This document shows positions 1-8,798 of a stretch of 35,824 nt of DNA, piece by piece. The stretch is taken from IMG/VR virus record IMGVR_UViG_3300033616_000003; one strand, written 5' to 3'. The first letter of the stretch is position 1. Each line of letters starts with the position of its first letter. The notes beneath the pieces are model-generated. The model did not search any database and had not been told where the DNA came from. It saw only the letters and a program-made list of their open reading frames with translations. The position numbers and the translations under genes are program-made. This stretch comes from a virus.

Positions 1-99
1 ATGTAATCCACTTTTCTTCTCCTAAAACCCCAATTTCTGCTATAATTTCATCAACCAAACTTCTTGCAACTCTTGGGTCACGTGTTCCTCTAACAATAA
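1..99. repeat. 99-bp terminal overlap, exact copy of 35726-35824 (circular closure or assembly overlap)
   Basis: Read directly: atgtaatccacttttcttc...cctctaacaataa occurs at both ends. The repeat lies inside a coding sequence. Confidence 0.95.
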
Positions 100-289
100 T
101 TTGCATAGTAGGCTCAAAATAATCTGTTAACCACATATCACGTGGAAAGCCGCCTGTACCTTGCACCATTACAGCAATATCTGGTTCAGCTGGCATATTA
201 TCTTGAAATATGTTACCACTTATGCCAGTTTCGTCATAAATTATGTCTGTTATATTATTTACCAGTCTTTGCATTACTTCATCCAGCAT
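1..289 (-). CDS. 5' part of the tail terminator / tail completion-like protein gene. It wraps the contig junction; the full gene is 35598..35725 joined to 1..289, 138 aa.
   Basis: ATG at 289, one nt after the stop of the upstream gene. My translation is MLDEVMQRLVNNITDIIYDETGISGNIFQDNMPAEPDIAVMVQGTGGFPRDMWLTDYFEPTMQIIVRGTRDPRVARSLVDEIIAEIGVLGEEKWIT, and it continues in frame at 35725. It sits between the gp10-like gene and the major tail gene. Confidence 0.7.
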   Translation of the reverse strand, partial: MLDEVMQRLVNNITDIIYDETGISGNIFQDNMPAEPDIAVMVQGTGGFPRDMWLTDYFEPTMQIIVRGTRDPRVARSLVDEIIAEIGVLGEEKWIT

Positions 290-290
290 A

Positions 291-701
291 TTATCCCTTC
301 TTCATTTCTTCTTTTATCCAACCTTCTATCTTTCCACTCATTGCTTTTGATGTAGTTTCAAGCCACTTGCTTTCTCTACCATTTCTGTAGTTTTTTGATA
401 CTTCGTGAGTTTCAACTGCGTAAGGCGTGTTATATGAGATGTAGAATATCGGCTTTTTGCGAAAATCAAACTTGAAATTATGCTTTGGCCATTGTTCATT
501 TTCAGCTTGATTATACACAGTTTTTGGCATACCACTTAATCCATCTTGAGTTACAACTCCACTTCGCTCAAGCGTTCCTGTATCATGCGGTACTTTCTTA
601 TTAGACTCGGTTAATATTGATTCAGCAGCTCTCCAAGTGGCTCTGCCTGCTTTTTCTAATTGTTCATCGACTACATCATCAAACCAGTTGAACTTTGCCA
701 T
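291..701 (-). CDS. HK97 gp10-like head-tail joining / tail component protein
   Basis: The N-terminus MAKFNWFDDVVDEQLEKAGRATWRAAESILTESNKKVPHDTGTLERSG is typical of the HK97 gp10 family. Position in the connector module fits. Confidence 0.7.
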   Translation of the reverse strand: MAKFNWFDDVVDEQLEKAGRATWRAAESILTESNKKVPHDTGTLERSGVVTQDGLSGMPKTVYNQAENEQWPKHNFKFDFRKKPIFYISYNTPYAVETHEVSKNYRNGRESKWLETTSKAMSGKIEGWIKEEMKKG

Positions 702-709
702 ATAATCAC

Positions 710-1027
710 CTACCTCAACATTATCTCTACATTTGATAAGTTGCCAGTTAGTGCATTGTCATATCTGTTGACTGCAATCACTTCTAATGGTTTGCTTGTC
801 CATTCAAAGCTAACTTCTGATTGTTCTTTAGGTTTGATGTCAGCAGAAGTATGCAACTGTGAAGGTGATGTAATTTCATTTCCTTCCTCATCAAAGGTTA
901 TTTTTTTCTTATGCACAAAATAGCAGTCTATGTCATAAGTGTCACCCCAGACTGGGCCATAAGCACCCTCGCCAAGATAAGGTTTAATAGTAGCTGTATG
1001 TGGCTGTACAATTTTGGGTAGTTTCAT
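710..1027 (-). CDS. head closure / minor capsid-connector protein
   Basis: 105-aa ORF with a 4-nt ATGA overlap with the upstream connector gene. Its place in the head-tail joining cluster supports the call. Confidence 0.55.
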   Translation of the reverse strand: MKLPKIVQPHTATIKPYLGEGAYGPVWGDTYDIDCYFVHKKKITFDEEGNEITSPSQLHTSADIKPKEQSEVSFEWTSKPLEVIAVNRYDNALTGNLSNVEIMLR

Positions 1028-1377
1028 CGTGCATCAACACCTCTATTGAGATATCCGGCTAATAATAATAATTGCCTAGCTCTCGGTGCTAACTCTGGAG
1101 GACCACCTTGTCCCGCTTGCCCCGCATTACTAGCCTGAAAGGGACCAATCTGTATGCTGCTAAAAAATTGTTGCGTATTAAACTCATCGAATTGACTCCA
1201 CCATTCATACTGCCTTACAGTAGCTTTAGATGCTGTTTCTCCGGCAATTATCCTACCTAATGTGTAATAGTCTATCAACTCGCTTGCTCGCTCTAATAAC
1301 CTATTAGCGTCGTCTGGTAGGTCTGATTCTAACACACCTAGATAATCAGCTAATTCTGTTAATGTTGCATATGCCAT
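1024..1377 (-). CDS. gp6-like head-tail connector (adaptor) protein
   Basis: MAYATLTELADYLGV...DDANRLLERASELID resembles the N-terminus of phage gp6-like head-tail connector proteins. Confidence 0.65.
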   Translation of the reverse strand: MAYATLTELADYLGVLESDLPDDANRLLERASELIDYYTLGRIIAGETASKATVRQYEWWSQFDEFNTQQFFSSIQIGPFQASNAGQAGQGGPPELAPRARQLLLLAGYLNRGVDAR

Positions 1378-1385
1378 TTTATCAC

Positions 1386-1793
1386 CTAACCTTCAATTTC
1401 TATATAATTAACCGACACAAATACTTTGTTTGTTCCGGTAGTAGTAGTTAATGTTAGTGGTTGGTCAACTGCGCCTGTTCCACTTTTGACTTGTGGAGCA
1501 AAACGATTATTAACACTTGAATATAACCTCGCGACTTTTGCGCCGCCTAAATCTAACTCTACCACTCCAGTTGTAGCATTAGTGTGTATAGCGACATCAG
1601 TTATAATTAGTCTATTACCAGCAGAAGGTGTGATTATTGCTGTATCAGTCTGTGCAGTTGTATATTCTTCTGAAAAGTGAGATTCTATTAATTGAGTTTC
1701 AGTTAATACTGCTTTCCTACCATTTGCTATATTTGTTATTGCTTCTCCATTAATCCAATTATATAGTTTTAATATTGTCTCTCCTACATTCAT
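1386..1793 (-). CDS. hypothetical structural-module protein, beta-rich and Thr-rich
   Basis: 135-aa ORF between the capsid and connector genes. I recognised no motif. Confidence 0.5.
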   Translation of the reverse strand: MNVGETILKLYNWINGEAITNIANGRKAVLTETQLIESHFSEEYTTAQTDTAIITPSAGNRLIITDVAIHTNATTGVVELDLGGAKVARLYSSVNNRFAPQVKSGTGAVDQPLTLTTTTGTNKVFVSVNYIEIEG

Positions 1794-2018
1794 TTACTTC
1801 ACCTTCTCAATTTCAGCTGTCAATTCATCCTTATTTAATTTGTAGTAACCAGTTAATCCTTCTTCTTTAGCAATTTCTCTTAATTCATCAACTGTTTTAT
1901 CTGCCAATTCTTCTTTCTCTTCAACTTCCTCTACAATTTCATATCCTTGCTGCTTGAATTTGGTGTCAAAGGCACGCTCTGACACGTGCCGTGTAACACC
2001 GCCTCTTCTAATTTTCAT
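1794..2018 (-). CDS. small protein with a Rho-N / SAP-like helix-extended-helix motif
   Basis: TVDELREIAKEEGLTGYYKLNKDELTAEIEK resembles the Rho termination factor N-terminal motif. Such genes are common just downstream of capsid genes. Confidence 0.55.
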   Translation of the reverse strand: MKIRRGGVTRHVSERAFDTKFKQQGYEIVEEVEEKEELADKTVDELREIAKEEGLTGYYKLNKDELTAEIEKVK

Positions 2019-2030
2019 TAATTATCACCC

Positions 2031-2924
2031 TTACACTATAGCTGTAGCTTTTGTGTGAGCATAGATTCCAACAGTCTTATTATCTGGAATAAAGATGTCG
2101 TGATATACTCTAGACTGCATTAACCATCCATCTGTGCTCTGGTTAGTATCTGGGTCAAATACTTTAAGTTGTCTTTGCTTCACAATTGGAAGTACAGCTG
2201 CATCGTGCACTAACAGGAAGTTAAGTTCATAATCTGTTCCACCAGTAGTTGCAGAATATCCAAAAGTAGTACTACCATCGTTGAGTGTAATTCCAGTATA
2301 AAATCTACCTTGTGGGACTTTGACTACTGGGATATTATCATAAGTATCAAATGTTCTGTCACCAATATCCATTACATCTCTCTGGAATAAGTCAGAGTTG
2401 CGAACATCAGAATATATCTGTGGTGTCATGAATAGACGCATCCCTTCTTTGTTGACTTCATTATCCTCAAGTTCAACAATAGCAGCATCAATAGCTTCTA
2501 CTGCATTAGTTTTATCTAAATCAGCATTAACAGTTGTTCCTGCATTAGAAGCAATTTGAGCATATCTATAAGCGTCTAATTCCGGTACAACTTCCTGCTT
2601 GGAAAATTGACTGGCTGTAAATGTAAATACGCTGTCTAATGCTTGTAAATTATCTTGTCTATCAATTGTGAACTGAACACCTCTGTCTTGTGTCAATGTG
2701 TGAGTTTCCCAATTAAAGTTAACAGAACCTGTAGGATAACCTGTCGCTCTGTCATAGTCACCTAAACCATCTAATGCAATTTTAGGAAGCAATACTTCGC
2801 CTGCATTCTGCCCATTTCTAATTAATTCTTGTGGAATGCTCAATACGTCGGAAGTTAATCCTCTTTTGTAAACCTCATCTAAATAAGTTGTATATTTTTT
2901 TGCTAGTGCAATACTATTAGCCAT
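2031..2924 (-). CDS. major capsid protein
   Basis: 297-aa ORF directly after the scaffold gene, with RBS aaaggagaga upstream. Size and position are typical of HK97-fold capsid proteins in SPP1-like head modules. Confidence 0.75.
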   Translation of the reverse strand: MANSIALAKKYTTYLDEVYKRGLTSDVLSIPQELIRNGQNAGEVLLPKIALDGLGDYDRATGYPTGSVNFNWETHTLTQDRGVQFTIDRQDNLQALDSVFTFTASQFSKQEVVPELDAYRYAQIASNAGTTVNADLDKTNAVEAIDAAIVELEDNEVNKEGMRLFMTPQIYSDVRNSDLFQRDVMDIGDRTFDTYDNIPVVKVPQGRFYTGITLNDGSTTFGYSATTGGTDYELNFLLVHDAAVLPIVKQRQLKVFDPDTNQSTDGWLMQSRVYHDIFIPDNKTVGIYAHTKATAIV

Positions 2925-2951
2925 TTAAAATCTCTCCTTTATAATTTTTAA

Positions 2952-3533
2952 TTAAAATGTAAATTTATCAGCCATTTTTTTGGCCCAATCTTCGTTGCTG
3001 TCTTGTGATGTAGTTTCCTTTGAAGAATTGAAGTCACCTGCTGTTTTCCCACTAGATGCTTTTTCTTCGCCAAAGTAGAAACTCTTATTTTCTTTTGCGC
3101 CTGTTACCAACTCATCAACACCTTTGACTTCTTCACCATCAACTTCTAACTGTTCAATCTTATCTGACATAGCTTTTAGGAAGTCATCAAGCGCTTCTTT
3201 TCTGATACCTTCAGCAATTGCTTTAACTTTAACCTCTGATTTTTTAATGAATTCCTTATTCCTGTTTTCAAGTTGTTCTTTTTCTTCATTAAGCCGCTTT
3301 TTAATTTCTTCTGGATCATCCATATCTTCGATTTTATCCTGCAAATCTTTCAGCTGGTCATTAAGTTTATTTTTCTCATCAACCACCTCTTTAAATCTCC
3401 AATAAGGTATCATTTTTTGTTCATTTACTTCATCCTGTTGAGTTTTATCTTCCTTTTCTGTTTTATCGACTTCTTCAGCTGTCGCTTCCTCAACTTTTTC
3501 TTCTTGTTCTACTTTTCCTTTTTCATCAGCCAT
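2952..3533 (-). CDS. capsid scaffolding protein
   Basis: 193 aa, extremely E/K/D-rich with coiled-coil character. It sits between the gp7-like gene and the capsid gene. Confidence 0.7.
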   Translation of the reverse strand: MADEKGKVEQEEKVEEATAEEVDKTEKEDKTQQDEVNEQKMIPYWRFKEVVDEKNKLNDQLKDLQDKIEDMDDPEEIKKRLNEEKEQLENRNKEFIKKSEVKVKAIAEGIRKEALDDFLKAMSDKIEQLEVDGEEVKGVDELVTGAKENKSFYFGEEKASSGKTAGDFNSSKETTSQDSNEDWAKKMADKFTF

Positions 3534-3583
3534 TATAATTCCTCCTTAGTATTTTACATCTTTAACGCAGATGATACGTAATG

Positions 3584-4639
3584 TTATCTCGCAGTTTTTA
3601 TGCTTTCTCGCTCATATTTTCTATACATTCCGGTTTTTTCTGTATGCTCTCTAAGTTTACCTTGCCACTTACGTATATAATTTTTAGCCTTCTTAGCTTC
3701 ATCATCAGTCATTGCAGCAACCTCTCTGCGTTTCCATTTACGTACATTTCTTTCCATATAGCGTTGAGTTTGTCTTTCTTCATAATTATCTGTGCTATCA
3801 ACTGGCTCTGGTTTAGTAGTTAACCCTTCCACCCATAATGTAGTGTTGTGAGTGCAGTTGGCGTGCCAGAGCCCGTCTGCTTCTGCTTCACTAACAGAAG
3901 GATAATCTTCACTTCTGCCACTTATACTTAATATCCTACCTTCCCACGGGTCGCATATTGGACAGCTTTCGGCATGAGCTGATACAACTACCAAGTCTTC
4001 ACCATTTTGCTGAAATCTATTTAATGAGCCATCTATTCTTGCTCTAGCAGCTGTGGTCCTTGTTGCCATTTCCGCATAAGTTTTGAGATTCCAGCTTCTA
4101 CCTGATTTATCGACAAATCCGCTAACTCCTCTGTTAGCAAACTCGTTCAGTACTCTCTGTGCACCCTCAACTCTTGTTCCGCTGCCAGTTAGGACAGTGT
4201 TAACTCCTCTGCTGACAGCTTGTCTATACACATCATCAGCCTGTCTTATCATTCGTAAGTGTGTACCCTGCAAATTACCTTTGAGTGCTTTAGTATAATT
4301 AGCAACTGTAGCTTCATCAATCTTGCCAAAATCAGTTGTTATTTCATTAATATTATATACTTTTCGCAAATCAGCAATAGCATCTTTTGAACCTTGATTA
4401 TATAATTCCTGTATAATAGGCTGTAATTCTTTTTCTGTGTAATTGTCCAGTTTAGCTTTAATCTGCTTTTCAACACCACTCCTTAATGTTTGCAGTTCTC
4501 TCAACTTTCTAATTTCCCATTGTTCAATAGTTAGTGTTTTATCTTTCTTCAACCTGTTAGCAATCCGCTGAATAATATCTCTTTCAGCTTGAGCATATAC
4601 TCTACCAACTTTTAATGTTAAATCATCAATTTTAGCCAT
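3584..4639 (-). CDS. minor head protein, SPP1 gp7 / Mu F-like
   Basis: It follows the portal region. The C-terminal part carries ESCPICDPWEGRI...HANCTHN, typical of the Mu F/gp7 head morphogenesis family. Confidence 0.75.
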   Translation of the reverse strand: MAKIDDLTLKVGRVYAQAERDIIQRIANRLKKDKTLTIEQWEIRKLRELQTLRSGVEKQIKAKLDNYTEKELQPIIQELYNQGSKDAIADLRKVYNINEITTDFGKIDEATVANYTKALKGNLQGTHLRMIRQADDVYRQAVSRGVNTVLTGSGTRVEGAQRVLNEFANRGVSGFVDKSGRSWNLKTYAEMATRTTAARARIDGSLNRFQQNGEDLVVVSAHAESCPICDPWEGRILSISGRSEDYPSVSEAEADGLWHANCTHNTTLWVEGLTTKPEPVDSTDNYEERQTQRYMERNVRKWKRREVAAMTDDEAKKAKNYIRKWQGKLREHTEKTGMYRKYERESIKTAR

Positions 4640-4643
4640 TTAA

Positions 4644-4913
4644 TCACACTTTTTCATAAGTTTTGTGAAATATATCAGGTTTGCAAGGATAAAATTCGCC
4701 ATTAACACCTTTGATAATATAATCTCCAACATTAGCTCTCATAACCCCTTCTAAAGTAGGTATAACAACTTCTCCTAGCTGTTTATTACTATAATCAATA
4801 TAAGCATCCTTACAATCCTTCATAAAAGTTTCAGTAATTAAATTATTAGCCCCATTCCATTCAACAGCCTCAATTACAACTGGTTTTTTTCTGTATTTAG
4901 AAATTTTTAACAC
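4644..4913 (-). CDS. hypothetical protein
   Basis: 89-aa ORF between the portal and gp7-like genes. The start is uncertain: a GTG directly abuts the G-rich RBS. Confidence 0.5.
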   Translation of the reverse strand: MLKISKYRKKPVVIEAVEWNGANNLITETFMKDCKDAYIDYSNKQLGEVVIPTLEGVMRANVGDYIIKGVNGEFYPCKPDIFHKTYEKV

Positions 4914-4919
4914 CCCCTT

Positions 4920-6422
4920 CTAAACTAAATCGTCTGGCTCATTAACTGCCATTCCATTTTCCTGCATTATGCGATTAACTTCATTTTCAACTTGTTTTTC
5001 ATTCCATTCTGGATGTAGTTGTCTAACAGTAGTGTCAATACTCATTGCTTTAGCTTGCACAAGCTTGTTAATGCTGTCAGCTTTCTGCATTGGATCAGTT
5101 TGCACACTATCTTGAATGTTAACCTGAACCTTATAATCAGCATTGTTGCTACCAAAAGCGTAATTGTCAACTTGCAGCATCCAGTAAAACATATCCTCTA
5201 ATGTAGAAGTCCAATATTTAGCTTTTTTAGCAGAAGTCTTAAATGATTTACTCTGCTGCTGTTTAATTTCAGTTGCTGTTGCATTGCTTGTGCTATCACC
5301 TAAGCCAAAACTAGCTGGTGAATATCCTGCACCACTATATGCCTGTTTCATCAACTCTTTTGCTGTGTCATAATGTTGCTGTGCTCTAATATCAAACTGC
5401 ACATTGTCAATAGAGTTATTTTCTTCTCCTGCTGGTCCTTGATTAAGTGCTACAAATACTTCCTTGTCCATATCATGATATAAGTTGCCATTGTTATCAG
5501 TTTCCAGCATATATTCTGGCACAATAATTCTTCCTCTTGCTATGCGTAAATCTCTCACCCAATTAGTGTAAGTTTCATCAATAGCATCCATTAATCCAAT
5601 TATACCCTGCAAATCACTCTCACCTAATGCAGAACCTCTCCACAACCTGTTAGGCTTCTTATTAGGCACATACCAAGCTAATAGGCTGTCTAGTCCATGC
5701 TCAATAACTTCTTCCATTCCTGCTGTATCTGGATGTTGCTCAAGTGGAATCTTAGTACCTAACTTTGTCATTGTGCCTTTGTATAGCTCATTAAGTATTA
5801 CACCTTTGCCGTTATCATCTTTTGTTCTAGTTTCAACTAAGCGATAATATACATTGTTGTCGGGATGATCAATAACTTTGAAGAATTTAACACTCTGAAG
5901 AAATCCCCACTTAAACTCCCACATTGCATTGTCTGGCTGTACCATTATTGGAATAGGAAAGTCTTTTACATCAGCATCCCAGTCTAGCTTAACAAATACA
6001 CCGCCCATTGCTGAGGTAGTTTCTGCACCTTCTAATAACCTACTATACACATCACCTTCTTCAATGATAATGTTAAGCCTATCTTGAGCATCCGTTGCAT
6101 CACTTGCTGCTGTTTCCTCGTGTGCTTCTGGTATCTTAACATCTGGCATTTCTGAAAATAAGAAGTCTGCTGATGTTGAAGCAATATCGCCTGCTATCGG
6201 CACATGTAACATTGTTGACCTATCGTTGTGAATATCCTTCTCCCAGAACAACCCCTGCTTTTCTAAGTTGTAATCATTAACTGTATACTGCTGATAAGTG
6301 TCAACTCCTAAGTAGTAGTTTAATAATTCTTCAGAAGAACCACTCCACCACGCAGCATATTCTCCGTATTTTTCATGATACTTAAAATATTTTTTATTCC
6401 ATTGTTGCAAATGTTTCACCAC
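4920..6422 (-). CDS. portal protein
   Basis: 500-aa ORF immediately downstream of the large terminase. Size and order are canonical for an SPP1 gp6-like portal. Confidence 0.8.
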   Translation of the reverse strand: MVKHLQQWNKKYFKYHEKYGEYAAWWSGSSEELLNYYLGVDTYQQYTVNDYNLEKQGLFWEKDIHNDRSTMLHVPIAGDIASTSADFLFSEMPDVKIPEAHEETAASDATDAQDRLNIIIEEGDVYSRLLEGAETTSAMGGVFVKLDWDADVKDFPIPIMVQPDNAMWEFKWGFLQSVKFFKVIDHPDNNVYYRLVETRTKDDNGKGVILNELYKGTMTKLGTKIPLEQHPDTAGMEEVIEHGLDSLLAWYVPNKKPNRLWRGSALGESDLQGIIGLMDAIDETYTNWVRDLRIARGRIIVPEYMLETDNNGNLYHDMDKEVFVALNQGPAGEENNSIDNVQFDIRAQQHYDTAKELMKQAYSGAGYSPASFGLGDSTSNATATEIKQQQSKSFKTSAKKAKYWTSTLEDMFYWMLQVDNYAFGSNNADYKVQVNIQDSVQTDPMQKADSINKLVQAKAMSIDTTVRQLHPEWNEKQVENEVNRIMQENGMAVNEPDDLV

Positions 6423-6428
6423 CTTTCT

Positions 6429-7709
6429 CTAGTGTATCAATTTCTTGTAAACTCTCGGTGTACTATTAACTACATATCTAATTAAATCCATAATATGGTC
6501 ATTATCTTTAATAACAGTATCTTTTCCTTTAGCAGCTGCCTTCTCATCCCAACGATAAGAATGGAATTCCTCTTGAGCCTTATCATTATGCTTTAACACT
6601 TGAAACTTATTAAGCGTAATCAAATTACTAACCTTTTCTATACCCTCATTGACACTATTGTTAGCTTTAGCGATTCGCTTAAATGCTGGAAACTCATGTC
6701 TGTGCTGATATAACTCAACTCTGAAGCTTTTAGCACTGGGGTCAATAAATATCCACTTAGGATTGATATCATGCTTAGTTATAAAGTTTTGCAAGTCTTT
6801 TCTATACTGGCTGTTAGCCTTGTCAGTTCCCTCTCTACCGCTGTGATAGTAAGTGTTAAGTAAATACATCCTATTGTCACTCCCTATTCCTATATGCCCA
6901 AACGCTGTCGGATTAGCCGCACCATAATCAACGCCGATGAATTCTTGTACAATATCTACATTATTTGGTACTTTGTCAATTATATTATCATCATTGAAAG
7001 AAGGATAAACCAATCCCTCTGCAACTACCCATAATCCTCTAATATATCTATCATAATAAACACCAGAATACATACGCTTGTATCTGTCAATAATTTTTTG
7101 CGATAATGTTAAGTTATCAGCCATTGTAAAGTGTAAATGGTATATTCTTTTTTCTTCTTTCTTGTCAATCCACTCTTTCTTAAGAAAATGATAAGGTGAA
7201 TCCGGATTACTATTAAACCAATGACGGCTTCCTTCTACTGAACATCTAGCAACCATCTCATTCACAAAGTTTTCAGGAAACAATTCTACCTGGTCCGCAA
7301 AACTTCCAGCAGCTGTTAATCCCTGTAATGTATCTTTGCTGCTAACATTATTAGCTCCATATAAATAGTAATAATTTGTGCCAATTTCAATGCGTGGCTC
7401 TTCGGTTGATCGAATATGATTAAATTTTAAACCTTTAGCATTTAATATTTTCTTCATAGGATTGAGCACATTTTTTGTTAAAGCTCCCATTGACTTACCT
7501 GCTATGATAAAGTTTTGATTATCAAAGTTAGCAATGGACCAGTCAATAAATCCGCAAATCATCGCAACTGTCTTACCTGCTCTAATACTACCATCAGCTA
7601 TTACTATATCCTTATCAGAATGCGGTGAATTATTCATCCACCAACTAAGTAGCTTAACCTGCTTATCTGAAAAAGGTTGAAACTTAAATTGTGCTTTGTT
7701 ATTTCTCAT
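6429..7709 (-). CDS. terL: terminase large subunit (PBSX/Terminase_3-like)
   Basis: Walker A-like DGSIRAGKT is near the N-terminus, and the C-terminal half looks nuclease-like. 426 aa, between TerS and the portal. Confidence 0.85.
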   Translation of the reverse strand: MRNNKAQFKFQPFSDKQVKLLSWWMNNSPHSDKDIVIADGSIRAGKTVAMICGFIDWSIANFDNQNFIIAGKSMGALTKNVLNPMKKILNAKGLKFNHIRSTEEPRIEIGTNYYYLYGANNVSSKDTLQGLTAAGSFADQVELFPENFVNEMVARCSVEGSRHWFNSNPDSPYHFLKKEWIDKKEEKRIYHLHFTMADNLTLSQKIIDRYKRMYSGVYYDRYIRGLWVVAEGLVYPSFNDDNIIDKVPNNVDIVQEFIGVDYGAANPTAFGHIGIGSDNRMYLLNTYYHSGREGTDKANSQYRKDLQNFITKHDINPKWIFIDPSAKSFRVELYQHRHEFPAFKRIAKANNSVNEGIEKVSNLITLNKFQVLKHNDKAQEEFHSYRWDEKAAAKGKDTVIKDNDHIMDLIRYVVNSTPRVYKKLIH

Positions 7710-7728
7710 ATTGCACCAACTTTATTTA

Positions 7729-7890
7729 TCAATATCGTTTCATGTTTCTAATTGTATCTCTTATTACATTTTTATTAGTTGCCTCTAATTTAGCTTCATA
7801 CCATTCATCAGTTTCATAATATTTAATAACAGTTTGTTTAACATCACCAATTTCAGTTATAATTTCTTTTTTGACTAATTTAATCTTCAT
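7729..7890 (-). CDS. small hypothetical protein between terS and terL
   Basis: I place the start at the ATG at 7890, preceded by gggaggg. The longer track ORF (to 7941) would lie inside terS. Confidence 0.45.
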   Translation of the reverse strand: MKIKLVKKEIITEIGDVKQTVIKYYETDEWYEAKLEATNKNVIRDTIRNMKRY

Positions 7891-8404
7891 CGCCCTCCCA
7901 TATTTCCTCACTTCTACCTCTAATCGCATCAATGTAAACATCTACATCTACACTATCTGGAGCTTCATCATTCTCAACTTGATATTTCAACTTAAGTAAT
8001 TGAGTTTTCTTACCCTGCACTCTAGTTAAGGCCTCTTCAATATTAGAGGTATTTTCAGCCTCAACAGATTGATTAATCCTCTGCATCATCCTTCTTATTC
8101 TAATCTCAATCAACTTAATATCATCATCAATTAAATCTATAACTTCATGCTTAACTTTAGGTAATAATTGCTGTTCTTCATCTGTTAAAGTATCCATCCA
8201 TATAGTTTCATATTCACCTGTGGATACAGCGTTTTTATTCTTCTTCATATTCTCTGGCTTCGGACCAGTTGACTTGCCACCATGCAACTTACACCTACCT
8301 TTTCCAGCGTGAGACGTTCCCCAGCCTTTAGGCCTGCGGCAAGGTGTGCCCGCTCTAGTAGTAGCACCACAATGTTTATCTTTATCATAGACTTTGTTTT
8401 CCAT
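7880..8404 (-). CDS. terS: terminase small subunit
   Basis: The N-terminal basic Cys/His-rich motif CGATTRAGTPCRRPKGWGTSHAGKGRCKLHGGKSTGP is typical of one small-terminase family. RBS gaggtgg is present, and terL follows directly. Confidence 0.7.
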   Translation of the reverse strand: MENKVYDKDKHCGATTRAGTPCRRPKGWGTSHAGKGRCKLHGGKSTGPKPENMKKNKNAVSTGEYETIWMDTLTDEEQQLLPKVKHEVIDLIDDDIKLIEIRIRRMMQRINQSVEAENTSNIEEALTRVQGKKTQLLKLKYQVENDEAPDSVDVDVYIDAIRGRSEEIWEGDED

Positions 8405-8419
8405 ATCACCACCTCAATT

Positions 8420-8581
8420 CTAAACTTTTATTAAATAAATTATATCTAATTCAGCAACATAACTATCTATTTTGTATTTGCAATCTTCTTTTAAACTATT
8501 AAATCCCCCATCATTTCTAATAAAAATTTGGCTGCTAGAAGGTTTTTCTTTTAAAATTTGCTCTCTAGTATATTTTTTCAT
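8420..8581 (-). CDS. small hypothetical protein (53 aa, not in the ORF track)
   Basis: My translation is MKKYTREQILKEKPSSSQIFIRNDGGFNSLKEDCKYKIDSYVAELDIIYLIKV. It has an ATGA overlap with the upstream ORF. Confidence 0.45.
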   Translation of the reverse strand: MKKYTREQILKEKPSSSQIFIRNDGGFNSLKEDCKYKIDSYVAELDIIYLIKV

Positions 8582-8736
8582 TTTATATCATGCCTATCCT
8601 TTAGTGCTTCAACATATGTTGAGATTTCTTTTAATAGTTTCTTTTCTTGCTTGATATCTTTATCGGAAGCACCATCTCTTGTAATATAATATTGCAAAGC
8701 GTGTTTAATTATCTGTTGTTCAGTATAGTTTGTCAT
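8578..8736 (-). CDS. small hypothetical protein (52 aa, not in the ORF track)
   Basis: My translation is MTNYTEQQIIKHALQYYITRDGASDKDIKQEKKLLKEISTYVEALKDRHDIK. RBS gaggtgg lies 7 nt upstream. Confidence 0.5.
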   Translation of the reverse strand: MTNYTEQQIIKHALQYYITRDGASDKDIKQEKKLLKEISTYVEALKDRHDIK

Positions 8737-8798
8737 CTCAATCCACCTCACTATAATGTGCCAACCCTAAATCAACTATCTGATGCTTGATTATATCG

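Noticed and set aside
1-99. The terminal 99-bp direct repeat as a biological DTR, LTR or att site
   Set aside because: The repeat is exact, k-mer-sized and internal to an ORF that is complete only after circularisation. It is most simply an assembly overlap of a circular or permuted genome.
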